51,765 nt of DNA, filler included, from Sphacelaria rigidula (GCA_964200075.2; 4 parts of 4 records of this genome joined end to end with filler, not necessarily neighbours in it); one strand, 5' to 3'. Shown: positions 34,960 to 48,337, numbered from the whole stretch's first letter. The notes: a model not told the origin generated them from the letters alone. Translations and numbers: made by a program.

Positions 34960-37705
34960 TGCGAGCTGGGCCAGCCTAAAAACGGATCAAAGATCTAAAA
35001 GCAATATCTCATCGACACAGACGAGTTGGACCATGATCCGCATATCGCATCAATCGTCTAACCAAGGGGAAGGTGCCCATCTCCATAAAAGTTTGGACCC
35101 ATATTTTCTCTTTGATTAAACTCCATGTCTAGTAATTCCTATACCTAACGGAGATGGCGTCCATGCATTGTACCGAAGTTCTAAATCTGGATGTCGCGTC
35201 TCAGTTTTTGAGAGTTCCATGAAATTTCGTATGGTGAACTGCTAGTGAATAATAAAATAAACAGCGTATTACTCTTTTTCATTTGTATTTTTATTTTTTA
35301 GTGTCTTTAGTGGGGGTTTTGAGGAGAAATTATCATGGCTCTTAGACCTTATCTCAATATTTTAGCTCAATTTTTAGAATTGTGATTTGAAAATTAGCAT
35401 GGAGAACCACGGAGGTGTGCCGAATAAAAAAAAAAGGGGCGTTTTTTTTTTTTTCCTATAAAGATTAGGGCGTTCTTGTAAAGAAATAGTCCACACCCCG
35501 GACAATATTGGCATCTATTGCGATAGCAATAAAATCTACTGCAGTAGATGCCAACACTGTCGTCCGTAATGGCCATCGATCGGTAATTTTCTCCTTCTAT
35601 TGTCGTTGGCAATGTCTATAGATAAACCGGTTTCCCACATTTTTGTCCGGGCAGCAGTCTGTTGTAGCCCGACAACCAAAACTATTGCGGCCGACCAAAT
35701 GCAGCGATCGATAGCTCTCCAAATCTAATGTTGACGGCAATGGCTATCGATAGACCGCGTGCCAAATCTACTGATGATGATGATGGCTTTTGACAGATTG
35801 TATACCAAATCTATTGATGACGGCAATAGCTATTGATAGAGTGCGTATACCATCTATGCATGGCAATGAATAACGAAAGATATATATCAGAATCTACTGT
35901 GGTATACAGCACCTACCGATAGATATTATCTGACATCTATTGTCACAGCTACATGCAACATACTACGTATAGAACATATTATACTCCGTGAAGGTACGGT
36001 AAAGGAGACGCAGGTGGGCATGTAGTGGGTATATAATGATACTACTTGTCAAAATATGGCATCACGTTTCTACAGTCTTGTAACGCTCGTATTTTGTAGG
36101 AATCCGTAATACGTGTTTTTTGTCGTTGGTATGGTGTTGGTATTTGTGGTTGTCCCTCTGATGGACATGAGCGCTTACAGCACTTTTGCGTGCGTGGGTG
36201 AGATGTGCTTATACCCTGGACAATAGACTATCCGAAGTAGAACATTGGCGCTGCGATAGCCCCGAAAAATTGACTGCCAATATTCTTTGTCAGTCATGAA
36301 CGACTGGCATCAATGTCTATCTAAAGCTATTGTAGGCGACATTAGATTCGGGACAAGGGACGGAATGTATCATTGCCGTGACAATGGAGGGGCCAAGTTG
36401 TCTATCGATACACTTTATTTGTTGCAATAGGCTCCGAATTGCGGCCATCAATGTCTATTGCTTACCACAAGAGGATCTGCCGCGCGGCCACCAATACATT
36501 TTGGTGGTCACAATGGGATATCAATTGCGTCCACCAATGTCTATTGAGTGTCACGGTAGAACCTGAATCGCAACTACCAATGTCTACCGCTCGTTACAAT
36601 GTAATCTGAATCGCGGCCACCGATATCTATTGCTGACGACAAGAGTAGCTGAACGGCGTCGATCACTATCGCTATGTATGCACACATTTCGTATCGTTAG
36701 CGTCACTGGCCATCGATAGGTGCTTCCGGGAACAACTGATTGTTGACAGCAATGCCCATATCGATACCAAAAAATGCTTTGTTGGCCGCAGAGGCTACCG
36801 ATAGACGGCTCACCAATTTAATGATGACGGTACGAGTAATAGGTATTGACAGATGGCTCACCTAACCTACTGATGACGGCAATGACTATCGATGGATGGC
36901 TCACCAAACCTATTGATAACGGCAATGACTATCGATGGATGGCTCACCAACCCTATTGATAACGGCAATGACTGTCGATGGATGGCTCACCAACCCTATT
37001 GATAACGGCAATGACTATCGATACATACATCCCAGAATCTATTGCGGTACACGATGTCCATCGATGGCGAGTAATCGTATCTACTGTAATTGCCCTCGGC
37101 TATCGATCGACTATTGCAAAATCTAATGTTGTCCTTTGCAACACGTATCAACAGATGTCTTTCACCATCTATCGTGTTCGATTATATATATCGATAATTT
37201 TTGCCCCATGTCTATTGCTGAAGCAATGGACTATTATTGTTTCCATTGTCCAGAGTGTGAAATGGCCTTCACCATACTAGAACGCCCTAAACCAGTGAAA
37301 AAAATGAAGGAAAAAAACTGGCCGACTGAGTTTTGTTGATTATGCCTTAGAAAGCGCCCACGCAAAATTTCAATACACGAACACCAAACGTGGGCCGGTA
37401 ATTGGCCTGCGGAATACTGTTCCGAATTTATACCGACCCGGTTTCTAAAGGCCCATGCTCCGGCCAATATACAGAGTTGGAGCGTAAAATTTGGTATGGA
37501 CAAGAAAAAATTACGTCGGTACCATTTTTTTTTTGTTCCATGAGTTAGGGGCAATAATCAGTTTTCAGGTATCAGTAAAATGCCCTCAACTCTGGAAAAC
37601 AAGAAAAAACTTTTGGTACCGAGGTCTTTGTTTTCATGCCCTATGTATTGTTCATACGTACCAAATTTTACGCTCCAACTCTAAATATTGGCCGGAGCAT
37701 GGGCC
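34960..37705. mobile_element. Inverted relative of the 11249-12631 element, split by the 35492-37259 insertion
   Basis: 34963-35100 aligns to the reverse complement of 12425-12570, 35300-35400 to that of 11951-12050, and the hairpin 37449-37705 resembles 11420-11672. Confidence 0.65.
35492..37259. mobile_element. 1.77-kb non-coding hAT-like element with an internal 43-bp tandem array (36800-37022)
   Basis: Ends CACACCCCGGACAAT/ATTGTCCAGAGTGTG, flanks AAATAGTC/AAATGGCC (6/8), 43-bp units at 36848, 36891, 36934 and 36977. Confidence 0.7.
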
Positions 37706-37848
37706 TGCAAACATGAAATCCGCCTCGAGGCCGGCCCAGCTCATGTGGAGTCGCTGTTGTTCCAGCAGGCTTCTCAAATGAGTTGTTCAAGTGCTTCGGC
37801 GACGACAGCGTCTTGTAGGAAGCGTTTTCGCCACTTGTATCGTGTGCC

Positions 37849-37931
37849 GCGCCCCGGTGGTGTAACGGTCCGACTGTCGCCATTAGGGTGGAGAGAACGG
37901 GGGTTTGATTCCCGATACGTTGGGTTTTTTC
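37849..37931 (+). ncRNA. tRNA-like head (second SINE family or tRNA pseudogene)
   Basis: A box TGGTGTAACGG 37858-37868, B-box-like GGTTTGATTCC 37902-37912, then a T-run. The cloverleaf is incomplete. Confidence 0.5.
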
Positions 37932-38183
37932 TCGTTACATATGATTTCCACCGTGGAAAGCGTGAGAACGTGAGTGAACAAAGTAGTCGACTAGGTTTGT
38001 GTGGCGTTAGTTGACGCGGTGCGGGAGTGCTGACCCGATCCGCGAGACCAAAATGAAAGGCACGTGCCGGGGGAGAGATGGGTTGGTCCCTTGATACCAC
38101 GGACTCATGCCGAGGAAGGGGAAGGGTTCAAAGTGCGACAAGAAAAAATAATAGTGCTGTGCAATGAAAACTTGCGCGTTATA

Positions 38184-38562
38184 GCCGGCTGCCCCGGTGG
38201 CTCGATTTGGTTACCTCGAAGCCTTGTGACGGTTGGGACGACGGGTTCGAATCTCGGTGAAGTCATACGATCTGCGAATATTCTTCACATCATGCTCAAC
38301 AGTGGAGAGCGACTATCTATATCTAGGCCGTGGGTACACAAAGTTCGACTTCACGGTTGATGAGGGAAACGGATGGCCGAACAATTCTCGCGATAAGAAG
38401 TAAGGCAAGTACTGCGGAAGAAAGATGGAGTACTAAAATAACACAAAAAAAAAACTCCTGTGATGAACCCTCTCCTGTGTGACCCCAGCTGATGCGCCCA
38501 CATATACCGAAAGTTATGGACTGGAGTCCAGAATAGATGGGAAAGCACGCACAACACACACA
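38184..38562 (+). mobile_element. tRNA-derived SINE, copy 3
   Basis: B box GGTTCGAATCT 38244-38254, colinear with copies 1 and 2, CA-rich tail. Confidence 0.8.
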
Positions 38563-38644
38563 TGACTATTTGTATGCTTTGTGAGGGTTTAAATTTTGAC
38601 AGTTGAATACTTTCGTCCGATCCTGGCCATCCAAAAAATTCACC

Positions 38645-38733
38645 ATTACTATTACTATTACTATTACTATTACTATTACTATTACTATTACTATTACTAT
38701 TACTATTACTATTACTATTACTATTACTATTAC

Positions 38734-38800
<67 letters not shown>
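38645..38800. repeat. (ATTACT)n/(ATT)n microsatellite at a contig end
   Basis: Read directly. Confidence 0.95.
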
Positions 38801-39639
38801 NNNNNNNNNNNNNNNNNNNNNNNNNNNNNNNNNNNNNNNNNNNNTTAATTAATTAANNNNNNNNNNNNNNNNNNNNNNNNNNNNNNNNNNNNNNNNNNNN
38901 AGAAAAAAGTTGACCGCTGGTCCAAGGGGTATCCACGCAACGATTACCCCACCCCACGTGTCTGGGCGGCATGTACCTGGGTTGCAACGCTGAAAACAAA
39001 GCTCAGGGATTGATTCGTACGAGTCGAATCAGTCATACTAAAACCACGTAATTTCCAGACGAATCATTATTTGTCCGACCCTTGGAGTGTTGTGAGTTGA
39101 CTAGAGCTTCGGGACCGAGGCGGAATGGGGAGGAGGGAAGGACAGGGTTAGAATCACGCAATTTTTTCTGTGCGATACAATTCGACAGTACAGCGCAGTC
39201 GGTTGTGCTGCTTGCTGCATGTTTTTAGAACCTTGTCGCCACTTCACCGATACCCTGCGCCTGAAACACTAGGCTCGAACTCCAAAACCTTGCTTGTAGT
39301 TAGACCTGCAGCATTCGAAGAAACGAGAGGGGAGGGGGAGAGGGGGGTTACTTCTCTCGAGCCTGCCCCATGTTTTTTTGAGCGGACGATGGAAGAGGAG
39401 ATATGTCTGAGAAGTGTATCAGTGGAATATTTGTTCCATATTTCCGTTCTTGTTGAAAGAGTAGCTTTGATATCGCTTCTGTGCCTTCTCTAGTGCTTGT
39501 GCTTAGAATATTGGCTTATCAGAGATGGATTGCTGTGTGTTGTTTTGACGTTTTTGTCTCATGGCGGGATCGTGCACATGAAGCACACTTTTTTTTATAG
39601 GAGCTGAGTACTGGCGCAGCCAGCCCGTATGCTGGGTCC

Positions 39640-41700
39640 TACTGTCTAAGGCATCAAAACGATCTCATGCCACTTTCGTTTACTTCCCGCATTTCCCCCT
39701 CTAGCGCGTCCCGTTCCTCGTATAGCTCACATACTGCCACAATCTGACCTCTAGTCTCTACTGCTTTGCCACTAGAGCAGTTCTGTGTATCTTCTTCCTC
39801 CTCCACTCGACTACTTTTGTATATCTTTCTTCTTTCTGGAAGGTCCAGGTCACCCACCCGAAATTGCGCTTCCAATTTTTTTGTGGGGTCTATTGAGCCA
39901 TGCAGGTATGTTTCATCCCTACCCCCCCCCCTTCAAACCCCCGTATATCTTCAGGTGCTTTTTCTCTCCTGCTTTCCGTTTCAGCGCCCTATTCCCCCGT
40001 ATTTCTACGATGTCCCTTACTTTCGTCTTTTACCCGCCACATCCACCCGTGGACATTTTCTCATCGAGTTTTCCTTACATCTCCTTCCATTCTTCCTCGC
40101 CTACGCTACCCCACCTTTCTCCAGCCTTCCATTTCGTCACTTTCTTCCATACAGCCTTATGAACCATGATTGGCAATCTCCTTCTTGGCGTGTTCCTCAC
40201 GCTTCATTGCCATTTCAGTTTTCTCGTGTCTCTGGTTGTTTGGAGTGGGCCCATTCCCAATTCTGCTCTCGATGCTGATTAATCGGTCGTTTTTGAGTAT
40301 CCAAGTACTTTCGCGGCTACCATCATCTGTACTGTTTCCAGCTTCTTCACAGACTTCGCGTTTTCCCCCACTTACTTTTCCTGCGTATTCCGTCTTTCGC
40401 ACAATCACATTCATGAGAGTACATATACTAATCCTAGTATCTATGTGCGAGTCTCTTAGGACCACGTCTATCCTGCCTATCTATGCCTTACCCCTTTCTA
40501 TTTTTTATTCATGTGTGCATCCCAAGAACAGCTTTTTGAGATCTTTACGCCAAGGAATGTATACTGCTCTACGATCGGCAGTTCCTCTTCTCCCCACTTT
40601 CATTTGAGCCCTACCGATTTTTTCTTGTCTTTGTTACAGACAAGTACCGCGCATTCGTTGACCTTCGTTGTCACTCTACATCTTCTAGTTCATTCTAGCG
40701 CCCTCTCTGCTTTCTTCTCTTGTGGTGTTTCTGAAATCCCCACGAGATCATTCGCGAACGTCAATCCCGATACCGTATCTTCCCCCACCTTGACTCCTTG
40801 CTCTGCTGCTTCTGTTGCTATTATCAGGTCATCAAAAACTTTGAATAAACTAGATCACAACATACATCCTTGTGCAAATCCTTGTAAAACATTAGAATAT
40901 GTCGATAGCTCCCTTCCCAGCGTCATAGCACTGTTGACACATTCTGTTTTTGCTTCACCATTCTCCATATCTTTCCTCTGATCCCAGTTTCCCGCAACTT
41001 TTTCCACAACCCATTTCTCCATACTATGTCGAAGATCTTTTATACGTCCAGAAAGAAATAGTACGTTTTCAGCCCTCAGAAGTAACAGTACGTTGTCAGC
41101 CTGGCGTCTTTCCTACCTTGAATAGTCGTACCTAATGTATTGACATGGTCTACGCAACTACGGTTTGGTCTGAAACCTGCTTGCCCCTCACTGATTGTTC
41201 TTTCTTATTTAGCATTCTTCCTACTCCATCATTCAGGATCTTACAGAGTGTTTTCCCTACGGTGCTCAGTGGCGTCATCCCTCTGTCATTCCCTGGGACA
41301 GCCTTGTCTCCTTCCTTGAAAGGGTCTACTACTATTCCTTCCCTTCACTTCTTTGGTGCGTGCTCGTTTCCCCGTATCTGATTATTCAGCATAAGCATCA
41401 TGGTAATAATTCTCTCCCCCGTGCTTGAGAAATTCGTTCACTATTTCGTCTGCCCCTGCTGCCTTTCTGTCCTTGAGTTTTAGCTACGCACTCTTTTACT
41501 AGCTGTAGTGTGAATTTTCTCTGCAATTCTTTCGGGCCATCAATTCCCCGCTTTGTTGCCTCTACATTTTCCTCTGCCCACGCGTTGATTTCTCTCTCGA
41601 ATTCCACGTCGAACCTCTTACTGCTTGCTGGCAACCCCAGGCTACGGTAGTACTCTGCTAGATATCCCCCCCCCCCTTCGAACTATAACTATTTTACCGT
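39640..41700 (-). mobile_element. Decayed non-LTR retrotransposon (LINE) reverse transcriptase fragment
   Basis: Minus strand reads YFFLDV*KIFDIVWRNGLW, QGFAQGCML*, LTFANDLV (FADD motif mutated) and a degenerate C-terminal Cys/His region. Multiple stops and frameshifts. Confidence 0.9.
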
Positions 41701-42330
41701 TCTGTGCTCTTAGGGTGGCCATCCCCTCGTCTGTTTCTCCTGCCAGTGTGCCTATCTCGTGGAGAGGATGCACCCATGATCATGCATGCCATAGTCATAA
41801 GACCGCTCGTGGAGAGGGGGAGAGGTTAAACAAAATAAAAGAGCGAGAGCAAAACACGAGATGCGTACCGTAGTACACGCAATACACCATCATCTGTTGC
41901 ATGTTACGAGTATGTATCCCTGTGTATGTATGACAATGTCGTTCTCTGGTTCCTACTGTATTGTGAGAATCCCATCACTCTCCTTTTCATCTGGGAGTAA
42001 ATGTGTGGTGCGTTTTTACCGGTCTTTAGCTGCTTTCTTTTTTTTCTTTATTTCCATTCCTGCTTTTTCTTTTTTTCTTCATCCCTTAACTTTTCTCCTC
42101 GTTCCTTGTGCTTTTCTCCTTCTTTTCCCTCCTTTTCCCTCCTTTTCCCTTCTTTTCCCTTATTTTGTCCCGTTCCCGTTCCCCCCCCCCCCCCCCTTTT
42201 CCCCCCCGCGTTCCCTGTGTTTTTTTGTTTTTTTTCGTGTTTGCCATTCCCTTTTTTCGCTTGCGTTTTCTTCTCTTTTACCCTGCCCCACGTCCTGCCT
42301 CCCCGCCTCCCCTCTGATGTCGGCCGGCAG

Positions 42331-42416
42331 AGCTATACTACGACAGAGGCAATCATTACGAATTTTCTTCCGTCGTTCGAGAGCTTGACACAGCGGGTAC
42401 TCTCATGGGGAATCGA
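42331..42416 (+). CDS. VPS26: Retromer subunit Vps26, internal exon (ELYYDRGNHYEFSSVVRELDTAGTLMGNR)
   Basis: GCAG acceptor, GTGAGC donor, conserved Vps26 segment. Upstream exons were not found in this contig. Confidence 0.9.
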
Positions 42417-42424
42417 GTGAGCGC

Positions 42425-42830
42425 TCTTCTCATTGGCTGATTGGCTGATTGATGGCTTGATTGATTTAATTGATTGATGGCTTGCTTGAAAGATCGGTTG
42501 GGTAAGTTCGATTGAATTGATGCGATATGACGTATAGGGATTCATTGGTTGAGGTCCCAGCCGTGTCCATAAGATACATGCACAACGTTTTATTATGCTT
42601 TAATTACCCATCCATTTGTTTGTTCATTGATCCATCGATTCATCGATTCACCCGTTCATCCCTTCATTGATTCATCATTCGGTGAGTTGGTTGTTTGATT
42701 GGTTGATTGATTCATTGATCGACTCATTCATTGATCGATTCATTCATTCATTCATTCATTGGTGGGTTGGCGGGTTGGTTGATTGGTTGATTGGTGAGTT
42801 GGTTGATTGATCGAATGGTTGGTTTTGTGA
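42425..42830. repeat. Degenerate (ATTG)/(ATTC)/(TTGG) tetranucleotide tract
   Basis: Read directly. Confidence 0.75.
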
Positions 42831-43071
42831 GTTTCACAAGATGGTAAACGCAGCTACCATTACTATGCAGTTAATCAACGAAGGGAGCACTCTGTAGCAC
42901 GTTCGCTCTACACACACTGTGTGCTCATGCTGCAACCGCTGTTTTCTCAATGCGCAGCTGCGTGCCGCGTGGGACCCATTATAAAAAACCCATACGCTGA
43001 ATATCGCCCCCTGAATAACATCCCTAGATGATGGCTGGCTTTTCGGCTACTTTTGGCACCATGACAGTATC

Positions 43072-43380
43072 TAGGGTTGTGTATCGGCACCGATAGATAC
43101 ATTTGACACTGCTACCGATCGATACGTCTATGTATTGTACCGAACATCGAATAATCGGGCCGACAGCCCGATCGATAGTTTGGGGGGAAGGGGTATCATT
43201 CAGTTTGGGCCAATTTTGGTAAGAAATGCAACGAAAGTGCACCAACGTTTTTGCCTCCGACGGCCAGCTCGCTGCGCGCACCGATGATTTTACGATGCAT
43301 GCCGATATGTTTTCGGTATATCGGCTTCGACGATCTCCGATATATAATATGGTGTTTATTCCTACCGACATTCAAGCCTA
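43072..43380. mobile_element. 309-bp TIR element with 5-bp flanking direct repeat GTATC
   Basis: TAGGGTTGTGTATCGGCA versus the reverse-complemented right end TAGGCTTGAATGTCGGTA; GTATC at 43067-43071 and 43381-43385. Confidence 0.55.
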
Positions 43381-43653
43381 GTATCTACAGTGCGTCAGCA
43401 GGATTCGTTGCGTGCCACACCCTAACTAGCACCCGTGGATGGTAATTTTTCCGGTCTGTAATCATTTATCGCCCCCCGGATGTTGAAACGTGTCACACAC
43501 AGTATTGCGTATGCAAGTGACCGGCGAGGGCGAATACACCATTGACGAAAAAAAATGTTTGATATCGCTGCAGTAGACACGTGAGATGTCGATATTTTCT
43601 CGAACTGTACCCTTCCCTGTCTGCGCTCGCTTACAGCGTGGTGTACGTACCTA

Positions 43654-43657
<4 letters not shown>

Positions 43658-43731
<74 letters not shown>
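43658..43731. repeat. (GT)n microsatellite
   Basis: Read directly. Confidence 0.95.
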
Positions 43732-43735
<4 letters not shown>

Positions 43736-43769
43736 TTGTGGCCTTTCTTTTTTTTCTTTCCCATCACTG

Positions 43770-43919
43770 CATACCCTGGATAACGACGGTAGGTTACGTC
43801 GTCGAAACGTGTACTGTGTACAGTATCGACTATTGCGTCTATTGCAATAGACAAGAGGTTCAATACTGTGCGCGGCTCATATTTTTACAGTGGAATGTAT
43901 TGTTATGATACAGGGCGTG
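43770..43919. mobile_element. hAT-like MITE, diverged copy of 2797-2949
   Basis: Starts CATACCCTGGA, ends CAGGGCGTG, perfect 8-bp TSD CATCACTG (43762-43769, 43920-43927). Confidence 0.85.
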
Positions 43920-46072
43920 CATCACTGCATGATTGACTTGAGTGTCGCACATTAACTGATCATTATCCACAAGAGATATTCAGTCATGGTCATTGTCCAC
44001 AAGATAAAATGTACCCAAGGTAAACAAAACAGAATCAGTCGCTGAAGGAGAAGGGAAAACAGGAGAAGTAAACAATAATTTATGTATATATATGTGAGTA
44101 TGCAACAAATGGCGTAAACTGAAGAAAGAGAAAAGACGACCATACAAAAAACAAGCAAAGCACAAAAAGCAAAGAAAAGGAAGGTGAGCGAACAGAAAAA
44201 GGGAAAAGAAGGGGGAAGGAAAATGGTCTGTCTGGATGAAAGATAATGAAAGAAGGCTGAAATAGAAGCGGCCGGCTCCCGGCATGGCTTCAGGTGAGAG
44301 AGGCCGTGCGGAATTTTTTGTAACGTATATCACGCGGTGTTTTGCTTCAAGGGTCGGGGTGGGTTCCCCGTGGAATGTGAAGTGACCAGTGATGTTTGTC
44401 ACGCCACTATGATTTTTCGGATGTACGGTCGTCAAGCTTCAGTACATGCGTTGCACACAATACTTGTACGAGCTGCGCCAGCCAAGAGTCCTTCTCGGGG
44501 GATGAACAGTTCTTCACGGCCTATTCTTAGGGGTCAGAAGCTGACAATTTAACACGAGATATATACCATCAATACCCGGGGATCGTACGTTGCAAGAAGA
44601 ACAACAAGAACAGTTTTTCTTAGAACCGGCAAGGAAATATGACACAGAATCGATGCTTACATGACTTCAACGAGAAAAATAAAATGTTTTTCGAACGTAC
44701 TGTTGAGCACCGCACGCACTCATTCGTGCATCCCAGCACCCCACACGCCCACACACGTGGACGGGCCTCAGCTGCCTGAGGCGATCACAAGATCCCTACC
44801 TCGATTTTGTCGTGAATTGGCGCATGGCTTCACGTACGCTGCTGGAACTTGTGTCTTCCGGCTGAGAACTAAATCTCTAGTCGATACTTGTCAAGCACAA
44901 TTGGTGTTGTTGTTGAGATTATTATTCTTAGCACAGTATTAATATCATGAGTATTTTTTTTATAAGTATCATTAGTTTTATTGCTACTAAAATGGTATTA
45001 TTTTCAGCATGTCCGTCACATTAGCTCGATCTCTCGAACCTGTGGTTACAAATTGCGAGGAGCATACCATCCGTACATCCTCAAAGACCAAAAAAACCCG
45101 ATAGAGGATAGCTGGAGAATAAAAATGTCGACACGAAACAAACGTACGTACACTGTTGTGAAAAAATCCGTAAAAGACCGATGGCATCACAGGAAACCTG
45201 ATGGAAGCTAAAAGCTGAACAGATTCCTGGCGTGCGACCTCCATGACTACCTCGTCACCCGTTAGTGTGTCTACTGATGTTATAGATAGCAGAGCAGAAT
45301 CCCGTCCATTGTGAAGGCCAAGGTTGAGCCTCCATGTCGATCCAAGCGATATACTGTGAATATTGTCTACCTCAGCCTCCTTTCCCCCTTCCCCCCCCCC
45401 CCCATGCCCCCCTCCCCGACACATATGAAATAACGTGTCTGACTCAAGACACGTTTACACGGCAGACACATACATGGCAAGTCCTTACGGTGCCTTTTGT
45501 CACGACAGCGCAGTCAGTATCGTATCGTGAAGGTTGTAGGTCATTCACCACGGATGATCGTCCATATCTATGGGTCATCCCACGGGAGGGGTTGCAGATT
45601 CAGACCCAGGTGTTTGTCATCGAGGGACTTCTGAAGTTGGGCTACACGAGAGTATGGGTCACATTCCCGGTTTGAAAGTTCATTTGAATTATCCCTAGCC
45701 CACGGGAATGCTAATGGTAGCGTGTTCCCACATGTTTCATGACTCGTTTCTTGGAATGAGCTGAAGGCTCCTATCAATTCAAGCTCGGCAAAAATATTCA
45801 CCGCTACCCTACTGAGGCACCGAGCGCTCCTATCTATCCACGAGTATATATGTGTGTGTTTTTCTGTAATCGATTAAGTCGTCCACGGATTGATCGTTGC
45901 TAGGTCTTTGATGGCTGGCTTTCGCCTTGTTTTCTGTAGTTGTGCACGGTTGTTTTTTTCCTCAATATTTGGGGAAGGGTTCAATTTCTGATTCTTGATG
46001 ATGAAATTTCATCCACGGTTGGCATGGCTTGTCATATCCATGAGGATGTTTTCATCGCCTCTCAATTATTCC

Positions 46073-46089
46073 TGCTTGCTTGCTTTCTC

Positions 46090-46156
<67 letters not shown>

Positions 46157-46166
46157 TACTTGCTTA
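46073..46166. repeat. (GCTT)n/(ACTT)n microsatellite
   Basis: Read directly. Confidence 0.95.
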
Positions 46167-46747
46167 CCCTGTCCAGTGCAGACGAGAAAATTATCAACAG
46201 CTATGCTGCGCATCCAATATATTATGTACCCCTATGTCCGAATGTATTAGGACCGTTTGAGTCTTAATGTGCATATATGTATATCGCAGTTTACCGAAAT
46301 GTTTTCGGTGCGAAGTTTTGCGCTGGGTACGTGATTATTACGATCATGGAAACGGTCCTCATATTTTCGGATATCCCAACCGTCCCTACGTTTTCGGACG
46401 GAGTGGTGTGTGTGGATGTATTGAACTATTACAGAGATCGTTTCTACACGGCGTGAAGTCCTAGGCTGTGCGGTACAGTGTGCATAGTTTCAAAGTTGTT
46501 GTAGCTTCCGAGTATCCCCACATGATTTTTTTTTACGTTCTCTTTTTTACCACTGTCACTACAGTATATATAGTGAATTGATTTATCATCATGTTTTGTG
46601 TTTTTTTGTGATTTTCTCTCCGATTAACCACGTTACTTCACTTTTTCCTTCTTCGTTTTCTTGTTTTTTATCTCTCTCCACTGCCGGTGTCCGAAAACCA
46701 CGTGCGCGCGTTCGTCTGTGTATGTATATGCACGCGCACGCACACAG

Positions 46748-46900
46748 CAATATCGCTTTGATTTCCAGTCAGCGGAGAAGCCGTATGAGTCGTACAGCGG
46801 ACTAAACGTACGGCTGCGCTACTTTATCCGCGTGACCATATCGGTTCGAGGAAGGAATGTCTCGAGAGAGACCGACTTCGTCGTGCAGAACATAGAGCCG
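46748..46900 (+). CDS. VPS26: Vps26 internal exon (QYRFDFQSAEKPYESYSGLNVRLRYFIRVT...QNIEP)
   Basis: EKPYESY.G.NVRLRYF motif, ACAG/GTACGT sites, phase 0-0. Confidence 0.93.
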
Positions 46901-46919
46901 GTACGTGCTTGAAACAAAT

Positions 46920-47090
46920 ATGTGTTGTTTTGTTGTGCTTTTTCCCTTCTCTTTTTTTTCGTTTTTTTTTTGTGCTTGTTTTTTCGCTTTATCTTTATAT
47001 TCCCATTCGGAATTCTTCGCATTTTCCTTTGTATACGTTTTTTCCCCTGTTTTTTCTTTTTTTTTTTGTCGAGTTTTTTCCGTTTTGGTT

Positions 47091-47121
<31 letters not shown>

Positions 47122-47135
47122 CTTTCTTTTTTTTT

Positions 47136-47182
<47 letters not shown>

Positions 47183-47265
47183 CCGTTTTGGTTGCCTTTT
47201 TTTTTTTTTTCTCTTCGTATTTTCCTCCTCGTTTTTTGTTTTTCCATCCTGTTTTTCGTTTTTTG
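46920..47265. repeat. T-rich low-complexity intronic tract
   Basis: Read directly. Confidence 0.9.
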
Positions 47266-48217
47266 TCTAATCTCCCAGCCTGGAAGCGATCTGTAGGTGG
47301 CAGGCATATTCAATTCTCAATGTTAAGAGTTGCACTTACACTTTTAGTTCGGAGAAATTGCAACCATTAGGGCGACTGCGGAGCTTTGATATATATATAT
47401 ATATACATACATTTTTTTCATGAGTTTCGGGCAAAAGCAATTCCCCTTTTTCACTAAAACTTTCCTTGCTCATGAGAAAAAAAAAAGGACTTCAGCGTCC
47501 CAAAATGTTTTCTTCTTCTTTTGTCCTAGCGATCCTCCATCCCAGATTTGAAAGGGCAACTCTCGAGGTTGAAGCAAGATTCCAGATGTAATGCATTTCG
47601 TGCCACTGCTTGTAGTGTATTGAGTTCAGTATCGGATAACTTGCGCCATAGCTCTGGATAAATAGCGACTGAGGTGAGTGTGAGGGTGTTGATTGTTTCC
47701 CCGTGCCCAAGGGCATGTTCACCCCAAAAATCATCATCATCCGCAGTACATATCGTTCGGGGTTTCGTGCATACTTGAGTATGGGGATATCTCCGCATGT
47801 TATGGTATTACCTGACAAGGCGTTTAATCAACAGGGGAAAATTTGTTTGTTTGGGGGAGATGGTCATGTTCCCCTTGATTGGACGATGAAGATAACATGT
47901 GCAGATCACGCCCTAATTCTCCGGTGTCGATGAGATGGCTGTGGGAGCTTGAAACCGTTTTTAGGCTGACCCGTGTGAGTGTTTCGTATTTTATTCTTTC
48001 TTTCGGCTGTTTGCGTAAACGTTGTATAATTTCTTTCTTCCAGGTTTTGTCCATGTATATAATAGTGCTGGACACGTGTTTCTCAAGAGCATAATGGTTG
48101 TCGAAGTGGTGTATGTGTGGGAGAGAGAGGGGGCTGCCTTGTTTTTTCCGCCCTGCTATTTTTTTTTGTCCACCCGTCTCACTCCCCCCCCTCTCTTCGG
48201 CCCCGCGATCTGAGCAG

Positions 48218-48331
48218 GAGCCCAATGCGCTTGATTCCCTCAAGATGGAGGTGGGAATAGAGGATTGCTTGCACATTGAATTCGAGTACGACAAGTCGGC
48301 TTACCACCTTCAGGATGTGGTCATTGGGAAG
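48218..48331 (+). CDS. VPS26: Vps26 internal exon ([38 protein letters not shown])
   Basis: Signature [26 protein letters not shown] sites. Confidence 0.97.
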
Positions 48332-48337
48332 GTGCAG

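Noticed and set aside
38596-38856. Poly-Y/poly-IT ORFs, and similarly the poly-CV (43581), LAC (45940), poly-F/K (46819-47370) and poly-T/N (48310-48556) ORFs
   Set aside because: Translations of microsatellites or low-complexity intron DNA.
39766-40981. Plus-strand ORFs of 125-170 aa
   Set aside because: Antisense to the decayed LINE RT; no independent coding signal.
44981-45830. ORFs in a VPS26 intron as a nested gene or Penelope fragment
   Set aside because: No recognisable RT or GIY-YIG motif, and frames are interrupted; cannot be supported without a search.
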